Source of the DNA: an uncultured Acidobacteriota bacterium | Lineage (GTDB): Bacteria > Acidobacteriota > Vicinamibacteria > Vicinamibacterales > CAVVIG01 | DNA length: 64,000 nt | Assembly (NCBI GenBank): GCA_963794305.1 | Contig: CAWCDQ010000017.1 | Span: 80,522-144,521, forward strand | Direction of reading: 5' to 3' | Shown here: one piece after another, positions 58,472 through 64,000 of the stretch | Layout of the letters: each line of letters begins with the position of its first letter | Numbering within the stretch: the stretch's first letter is position 1 | Notes under the pieces: generated by a model | What the model was told of the DNA's origin: nothing | Databases searched by the model: none | Seen by the model: only the letters and a program-made list of their open reading frames with translations | Program-made: the position numbers and the translations under genes

Positions 58472-60283
58472 TCCCTTCTTCGGGATGCGCTTCACCGCGT
58501 CTGGGGCTTCTCCGAATTCCGTCCCCTCCAGCGCGAGGCGATGCACGCGATCCTGGCCTCGCGCGACAGCATCGTCGTCCTCCCGACCGGCGGCGGCAAG
58601 TCGCTGTGCTTTCAGGCGCCGGCGGTCGCGGCCGATGGCCTGGGCCTGGTCGTGTCGCCGCTCATCTCGTTGATGAAGGATCAGGTCGACGGCCTGCGCG
58701 TCGACGGCGTCGCGGCGTCGTTCCTGAACAGCACGCTGCTGCCGCACGAGCGCGACGAGGTCATCGCGAGCGTGCGGGACGGACGCTGCCGCCTGCTCTA
58801 CGTCTCGCCCGAGCGGCTCGTCGGCGACGGCGGGCCGATGCTGTGGCGCCTGCTCAAGCAGGCCAGCCTGAAGTTCATCGCGATCGACGAAGCCCACTGC
58901 ATCAGCCAGTGGGGGCACGACTTTCGTCCGGAATACCGGCAGCTCGGCCGGCTGCGCGACGAATTTCCCGGCGTCTCCTTCCACGCCTTCACCGCGACCG
59001 CCACCGAGCGCGTGCGTCGGGACATCCTCACCGAGCTGCGGCTCCGCGAACCGCTGGAGCTGATCGGATCCTTCGATCGGCCGAACCTCGTGTACCGGGT
59101 GATCCGCCGCGGCCATCTCCACACGCAGCTGATCGCGATTCTCGATCGGCACGACGGCGAGTCGGGCATCGTCTACTGCTCGTCGCGGAAGGAGGTCGAG
59201 GCGCTGGCCGAGTGGCTGACGGGCGAGGGGCACAGCGCGGTGCCTTATCACGCCGGCTTGTCGGACGAAGTCCGCAGCCACAACCAGGAGATGTTCCTGG
59301 ACGAGCGCGTCGACATCGTCGTCGCGACCGTCGCGTTCGGGATGGGCATCGATCGCTCGAACGTCCGGTTCGTCGTCCATGCAGGCGCGCCGCGGTCGCC
59401 GGAGCACTATCAGCAGGAGTCGGGCCGCGCGGGACGGGACGGGCTGCCGGCGGAGTGCGTGCTGATTTATTCGGGCGGCGACTTCGTGCGGTGGCGCCAG
59501 ATGCTCGAGGCCAACGGCGAATGGAATGAAAGCGCGCGCGCGCTGCTGCGCGACATGGAGAAGTACGCCGCGGGCACGCGCTGCCGTCACCGGACGCTGA
59601 TCGAGTATTTCGGCCAGCAGTACGAGCGCGCCGACTGCGGCGCCTGCGACTGGTGCCTGAAGGAGCTCGACGCGGTCGACGACTCGCTGACCATCGCGCA
59701 GAAGATCCTGTCGTGCGTCGCGCGCGTCAAGCAGACCTGGGGCACCGCGCACGTCACCGACGTGCTGACCGGGAAGGCGACAGAGAAAGTCGTCGCGTCG
59801 CGCCACCACGAGCTGTCGACGTTCGGGCTGCTGAAGGAAGAGGCGCCGGTCGCGATCCGCGGCTTCATCGAGCAGCTGGTCGGCGACGGCCTGCTCGCGC
59901 GCGAAGGCGATCCGTATCCGGTCCTGCGGCTCACCACGGCCGGCGCCTCTCTCTTGCGGGGCGACGGCGCCTGCCAGCTCTATCGGGAAGTCAAACCGCC
60001 GTCATCGCGCAAGCGGAGCCGCTCGGGTGTGCGCGACACGTTCACCGCGGCGATCGATTCGGATCTCTTCGAGCGGCTGCGCGAGGTGCGGCTGCGGCTG
60101 GCGCGCGAGCGCGGCGTGCCGCCCTACGTCATCTTTCACGATACGACGCTGCGCGACATGGTCGAGCGGCGTCCGAGAACCGTCGACGATCTGCACCAGG
60201 TCTACGGCGTCGGCGCGAAGAAAGCGGCCGACTTCGGCGACGCGTTTCTCGACGCCATCCGTACATTCGGCCGACCTGAATAA
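58451..60283 (+). CDS. recQ: RecQ-family ATP-dependent DNA helicase
   Basis: Intact. FRPLQREAMHAIL, LPTGGGKSLCFQ, DEAHCISQWGHDFRPEY, the zinc-binding CRH...CGACDWC, and a C-terminal HRDC (PPYVIFHDTTLRDM). Confidence 0.9.
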   Translation: MQVAPYESLLRDALHRVWGFSEFRPLQREAMHAILASRDSIVVLPTGGGKSLCFQAPAVAADGLGLVVSPLISLMKDQVDGLRVDGVAASFLNSTLLPHERDEVIASVRDGRCRLLYVSPERLVGDGGPMLWRLLKQASLKFIAIDEAHCISQWGHDFRPEYRQLGRLRDEFPGVSFHAFTATATERVRRDILTELRLREPLELIGSFDRPNLVYRVIRRGHLHTQLIAILDRHDGESGIVYCSSRKEVEALAEWLTGEGHSAVPYHAGLSDEVRSHNQEMFLDERVDIVVATVAFGMGIDRSNVRFVVHAGAPRSPEHYQQESGRAGRDGLPAECVLIYSGGDFVRWRQMLEANGEWNESARALLRDMEKYAAGTRCRHRTLIEYFGQQYERADCGACDWCLKELDAVDDSLTIAQKILSCVARVKQTWGTAHVTDVLTGKATEKVVASRHHELSTFGLLKEEAPVAIRGFIEQLVGDGLLAREGDPYPVLRLTTAGASLLRGDGACQLYREVKPPSSRKRSRSGVRDTFTAAIDSDLFERLREVRLRLARERGVPPYVIFHDTTLRDMVERRPRTVDDLHQVYGVGAKKAADFGDAFLDAIRTFGRPE

Positions 60284-60386
60284 GAAGAAACCGCGGAGTC
60301 CGCAAAGAACGCAGAGACACTCGCAGAGAAGACATTGTTTTCTCAGCGCTTGTCTCGGCGATCTTTGCGGATCTGCGGTTTCTTCT
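60284..60386. repeat. family B palindrome exactly filling the gap between convergent stops (recQ / apaG)
   Basis: gaagaaaccgcggagtccgcaaagaacgcagagacactcgcagagaa - gacattgtt - ttctcagcgcttgtctcggcgatctttgcggatctgcggtttcttc. Starts 1 nt after the recQ TAA and ends 2 nt before the apaG TAA. Confidence 0.85.
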
Positions 60387-60388
60387 GG

Positions 60389-60823
60389 TTAATGGACGGT
60401 GTAGGGCTCGTGGAGCGCGAAGGGCGCGATCTGCGCGTCGAACCGGTCGCCGTCCTCGGTGACCATCTGATAGGTTCCACGCATGACGCCGGTTGGCGTT
60501 TTCAGCGGACAGCCCGACGTGTACTGGAACGACTCGCCCGGCCGGAGCACCGGCTGCTCGCCGACCACGCCCTCGCCCGTGACCTCCTCGGTCTGGCCGG
60601 CGGCGTCGCGGATGATCCAATGGCGAGTGAGCAGCTGGACGGTCTCTTCGCCTTCGTTCGAAATGCGCACGGTGTAGTGGAAGAACCATTCGCGCTGGAA
60701 CGGCTGTGAGTGCTCGGGTGCGTACTGCGACTCGACCTCGACCCTCACGTGGTTCGTGACGGCTTCCGACGTGTTGGCGTGGAGCGGCTGATCTTTGAGT
60801 TCGGACATGGGACGATTCGTCAT
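60389..60823 (-). CDS. apaG: ApaG (DUF525) protein
   Basis: 144 codons. VRVEVESQYAPEHSQPFQREWFFHYTVRISNEGEETVQLLTRHWIIRDAAG matches the ApaG pattern. ATG overlaps the upstream stop (ATGA). Confidence 0.85.
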   Translation of the reverse strand: MTNRPMSELKDQPLHANTSEAVTNHVRVEVESQYAPEHSQPFQREWFFHYTVRISNEGEETVQLLTRHWIIRDAAGQTEEVTGEGVVGEQPVLRPGESFQYTSGCPLKTPTGVMRGTYQMVTEDGDRFDAQIAPFALHEPYTVH

Positions 60824-61831
60824 GATACCAACGTTTCGCTCCGGGCGTCCCAGCGCCACGGGCTGCTGTCCGACCCGGATAGATGGACGCCGCCCCGCCA
60901 GATGTCGATGCCGTTGAGGCGAACCTGGTCGGCCCGCCCGGCGAGAACGTCGCGCCCGGCCTCCGTGATTGTAACAACCCGCGAGCGGAACGCCGGATTG
61001 CCGGATGCGGTCGGCCAGGGAGACAAGGGGGACGTTCGCCGACGCCAGGCGCTGGAGCATGTCGAAGAACGTCGTGTCGCCGATGAACGGCCGCTCCTCC
61101 TGCGACTGCGTCGCGCTGAACAGGTCGCCGGCCGCCGCGTGGCCCGCGAGCAGGGCTCGCAGCGCGAGTTCCTCGGTCCGGGACAGACCGTTGGTCACCG
61201 ATGGAAACTCCGCGAGGAAACGAAGCAGGGCGTCGGCAAGAAAGGGAAGCACCGGAGCGCCTTCGCTGGAAGCGATGCGCGCGGCGTCCAGTTGCCTCGT
61301 CAGCTCGACGAGCGCCGTCGGATCCGGCGCGCGAAACGCGCGCCAGGCGTGGCTCGCCAGTTCGAAGTGGCCGGCGATGACCGGCACGCCGGTGCCGACC
61401 AGCGTGCCGAGCTGATCGGCCGTCAGCTGTCCGAGACCGATGAATCGATCGATCCCGGGGAACGATCCAATACAGATGAGCGAACCGCGCGTGCTCGCGG
61501 GCTTCTGTCGCGCCATGAGATCCAGCACGCGGATCAACTCGAGCTGATCGAAGAGATCGTGCTCGAACCACAGCACGATCTCGCCTCCGCCCCGGACCGC
61601 GTCCGCGATCGTCTCGTCGGCCCTGGCGAGGCCGCGCCGGATCTCGTCGTACCGCTGAGCGCCGCTATCAGAGGAGAGAAACCGCGCGCGCACCTCGTGC
61701 CACGCGTTTCCCTCGAGCGGCGGACACGGTCCCTCGTGCAGCACGTCCGCTGCGATTTCGACCGGGTCGTGCACGACGCGCCTGAGCGTCTCCGCCGCGC
61801 AGTCGCCGTTGGTGATGTGCAGAGTAGTCAC
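60820..61831 (-). CDS. DUF1835 (+DUF3658-like C-terminus) protein; one frameshift near 61002
   Basis: GTG 61831 gives VTTLHITNGDCAAE, the usual DUF1835 start. Joins at ...LADRIRQ/NPAFRSRVVTITEAGRDVLAGRAD.... The listed ORF start at 61882 runs into the IS inverted repeat and is rejected. Confidence 0.6.
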
Positions 61832-61848
61832 GTAGGCTCTAAACTTAG

Positions 61849-63116
61849 GATGCTGAAAAAGTGACTGCGACGGGATCGACATCGTGATCTCGTCGTACTA
61901 CGATGCTCCCATTCACGGAGGGAGCCTGCCGATGCGTGGAGACGACCAGCACACCGGGCATCTGTTTAGTTACCTGTCGGCGGAAGATCGGATCCCTGCG
62001 GACCATCCGCTGCGTCCGATTCGGCAGATGACCGACGCGGTGCTCGGGCGGTTGTCGCCTCGCTTTGACCGGCTGTACTCCGACATCGGTCGGCCGTCGA
62101 TCCCGCCCGAGCAGTTGCTGCGAGCGTTGTTGCTGCAGGCGTTGTACACGGTGCGCAGCGAACGGCTGCTGATGGAGCAACTGCAGTACAACCTGTTGTT
62201 CCGGTGGTTCGTGGGTCTGAGTATGGATGACCCGATCTGGGTGCCGACCGTCTTCAGCAAGAATCGAGACCGGCTCTTGGAGGGCGACATCGCGCAGGCG
62301 TTTTTCCTCGAAGTGCGGGCGGCGGCGGGGGCGGCGGGCTTGCTCTCGGATGAACACTTCACCGTGGATGGCACGTTGCTCGAGGCCTGGGCGAGTCAGA
62401 AGAGTTTTCGACCCAAGGACCGCCCGGATCCGCCGGCGGATGATCCGACGGGCCGCAATCCGACGGTGAACTTCCGCGGCGAGGAGCGGGCGAACGACAC
62501 GCATGCGTCGACGACCGATCCGGACGCGCGCCTGTACAAGAAAGCCTCGGGGCAGGAAGCCAAGCTGGCGTATCTCGGGCATGTGCTCACGGAGAATCGT
62601 CACGGCTTGATCATCGACGCGCTCGTCACGCACGCCACGGGGACGGCGGAGCGCGAGCGGCCGGGGCGATGATTGCCGATCTGCCCGACACCCATCGCGT
62701 GACGGTCGGCGGCGACAAGAACTACGACACGAAAGGCTTCGTGCACCAGCTCCGCAGATGGGCGTCACCCCGCATGTGGCCCAGTATCCCGAGACGGCGA
62801 CTCGCGGCAGCGCGATCGATGCGCGCACGACCCGACATCCGGGCTACGCGGTTAGTCAGCAGAAACGAAAGCTGGTCGAGCAATGTTTCGGCTGGATGAA
62901 GACGGTCGGTCTGATGCGCAAGCTGCGACACCGCGGCGGCGCGCGCGTCAACTGGAACTTCATCTTCACCGCCGCGGCGTTTAACCTGGTCCGGATGCGC
63001 ACACTGCTGGCCCAGCCAGCCTGACGGAACCAAGGCATGAGTACCACGAGCCACGAGCGATGCAGTCATCATCATTGGGCGAACGATAACCGAACGCTGA
63101 ACGTCACTTTTTCAGC
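61849..63116 (+). mobile_element. IS5-family insertion sequence (~1.27 kb)
   Basis: Terminal inverted repeats GCTGAAAAAGTGAC (61852-61865) and GTCACTTTTTCAGC (63103-63116). Flanked by a perfect 10-bp direct repeat CTAAACTTAG (61839-61848 and 63117-63126). Single transposase gene inside. Confidence 0.75.
61932..63024 (+). CDS. IS5-family DDE transposase (DUF772 N-terminus); two frameshifts (~62656, ~62752)
   Basis: ATG 61932 with GGAGGG upstream. MRGDDQHTGHLFSYLSAEDRIPADHPLRPIR is the typical N-terminus. Joins at ...TGTAERE/AAGAMIADLPDTHRVTVGGDKNYD... and ...FVHQLR/MGVTPHVAQ...KRKLVEQCFGWMK.... Confidence 0.8.
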
Positions 63117-63134
63117 CTAAACTTAGAACTGAAA

Positions 63135-64000
63135 ATGCATACGATTCAACCCGCCAGGCTCGAACCGGGCGTCACACGCGAGGCCATCGCCTCGGCCGCC
63201 GCTGCTGTCGAGACGACGACGTCCACAGCCACCATTCATGGCCGTGCGCTGATCCTCTGGGATTTGAAAGTGCCCGGCAAGAAGAAAAAGCTCGACGCGA
63301 TCGACACGGATCAGATTACGCCCGCGGCCGACTGCGTATCCGAAAGCCTCGACACGCTCGACGAACGCTGGAAGGCCGGCGCCTTCCGGTACCTGATGCC
63401 CGATTTCCGGGCGCGCGTGCACCGCGGCGAAACGTTCGTGATCGCGGGCGACCGGTTCGCGATCGGATCGTCGCGCGAGATGAGCCCCGCCGGGTTGAAA
63501 GCGATCGCCGACGAAGTCGGCCTGGAGATGGTCATCGTCTGCGGCAACAACATGGGCGACATCTTCAGGCGCAATGCCCTCAACCTCGGGCTGCAGGTCG
63601 TGCAGAGCCCCGAGGCAGTCGCCGACGCGCACGATGGCGACGAGTTCAGCTTCGACCCCTTGTCGCGCCGTCTCACGAACGACACACAGGGGAAGTCGTA
63701 CGACCCGGTGCCGCTCAGCGCAAAGGAGGACGAGATTCGCCAGACCGGCGGGATCTACGCGGCGGGACGCCGCGAGTTCAAGGCATCGGTCGAGAGGTCG
63801 CCCCGGATTGACCTGGCCCGACGCCGAGTCGGCGCGCCGCATGACGTCGACCGAGCAGATTGTCTGGGCCCATCGCGTCGACACCGCCTCCGAGGTCACG
63901 CCCGGGGCGACGCTGCGCGTCTACGCCGACCTGCTGCCGGCCTCGGATGGCACAGCGCCTTTCGCGATCCACACGTTCAACCAGATCACCGGCGGCCGGA
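63135..64000 (+). CDS. aconitase-superfamily hydratase, LeuD-like swivel domain preceding the LeuC-like catalytic domain; 3' end outside window; one frameshift near 63808
   Basis: Not in the ORF track (no stop inside the window). My own translation: MHTIQPARLE...DTDQITPA...GETFVIAGDRFAIGSSREMSPAGLKA...IVCGNNMGDIFRRNALNLGL (swivel-domain pattern), then, after the shift, WPDAESARRMTSTEQIVWAHRVD...ADLLPASDGTAPFAIHTFNQITGG (start of the large-subunit domain). Confidence 0.6.
   Translation, partial: MHTIQPARLEPGVTREAIASAAAAVETTTSTATIHGRALILWDLKVPGKKKKLDAIDTDQITPAADCVSESLDTLDERWKAGAFRYLMPDFRARVHRGETFVIAGDRFAIGSSREMSPAGLKAIADEVGLEMVIVCGNNMGDIFRRNALNLGLQVVQSPEAVADAHDGDEFSFDPLSRRLTNDTQGKSYDPVPLSAKEDEIRQTGGIYAAGRREFKASVERSPRIDLARRRVGAPHDVDRADCLGPSRRHRLRGHARGDAARLRRPAAGLGWHSAFRDPHVQPDHRRP

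Noticed and set aside
61932-63024. The two frameshifts in the IS5 transposase considered as programmed ribosomal frameshifting.
   Set aside because: There are two shifts rather than one, I could not see a slippery heptamer or downstream structure at either site, and the same kind of interruption affects about 20 unrelated genes in the window.

Overview
High-GC bacterial chromosomal segment. The gene content (two TIGR03436-type VWFA proteins, a CarboxypepD_reg/TonB-type outer-membrane receptor, type III glutamine synthetase, many secreted hydrolases) suggests Acidobacteriota, but that is inference. I support about 45 protein genes and one IS5-family insertion sequence, and I saw no rRNA, tRNA or CRISPR.

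Gene order:
- partial alpha/beta hydrolase (+)
- a long minus-strand operon: asparaginase-like, M20 peptidase, xylB, xylA, ThuA-dihaem cytochrome c fusion, PQQ dehydrogenase
- M14 peptidase (-), aminotransferase (+)
- ParE-like topoisomerase B subunit (-)
- unknown 912-aa protein, VWFA, VWFA-TPR (+) and NYN-LOTUS (-)
- ParC-like A subunit (-), vapBC (+), cysteine-synthase-family enzyme (+)
- TetR-MFP-RND-OMF efflux operon (-)
- DUF3500 / EF-hand-like membrane protein / rhodanese (-)
- type III glutamine synthetase (-)
- SGNH lipoprotein / secreted cyanophycinase / NUDIX (-)
- peroxiredoxin (+), HEAT-DUF349 protein (+), FKBP (-), VOC (+), orphan secreted protein (+)
- UPF0182 (-), secreted hypothetical (-), TonB-type receptor (-), two c-type cytochromes (-), quinone oxidoreductase (-)
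- ispG, recQ (+), apaG, DUF1835 (-), IS5 element
- partial aconitase-family gene (+)

Two window-wide properties stand out:
1. About 36 frameshift interruptions hit otherwise clearly recognisable genes, including the topoisomerase B subunit. They are insertion-biased and unevenly distributed, so many ORF-track entries are fragments of one gene. I report whole-gene spans and approximate shift positions (+/-10 nt).
2. Almost every gap between gene ends is filled by a palindromic or oligo-repeat element from several families.

Best candidates for new biology:
- an AhpE/BCP-like peroxiredoxin with an in-frame UGA exactly at the peroxidatic-Cys position, followed by a SECIS-like hairpin
- an uncharacterised four-gene cluster between the two topoisomerase subunit genes
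- the repeat elements, whose arms translate into signal-peptide-like N-termini

All family calls come from motif recognition by eye. No database search was possible.
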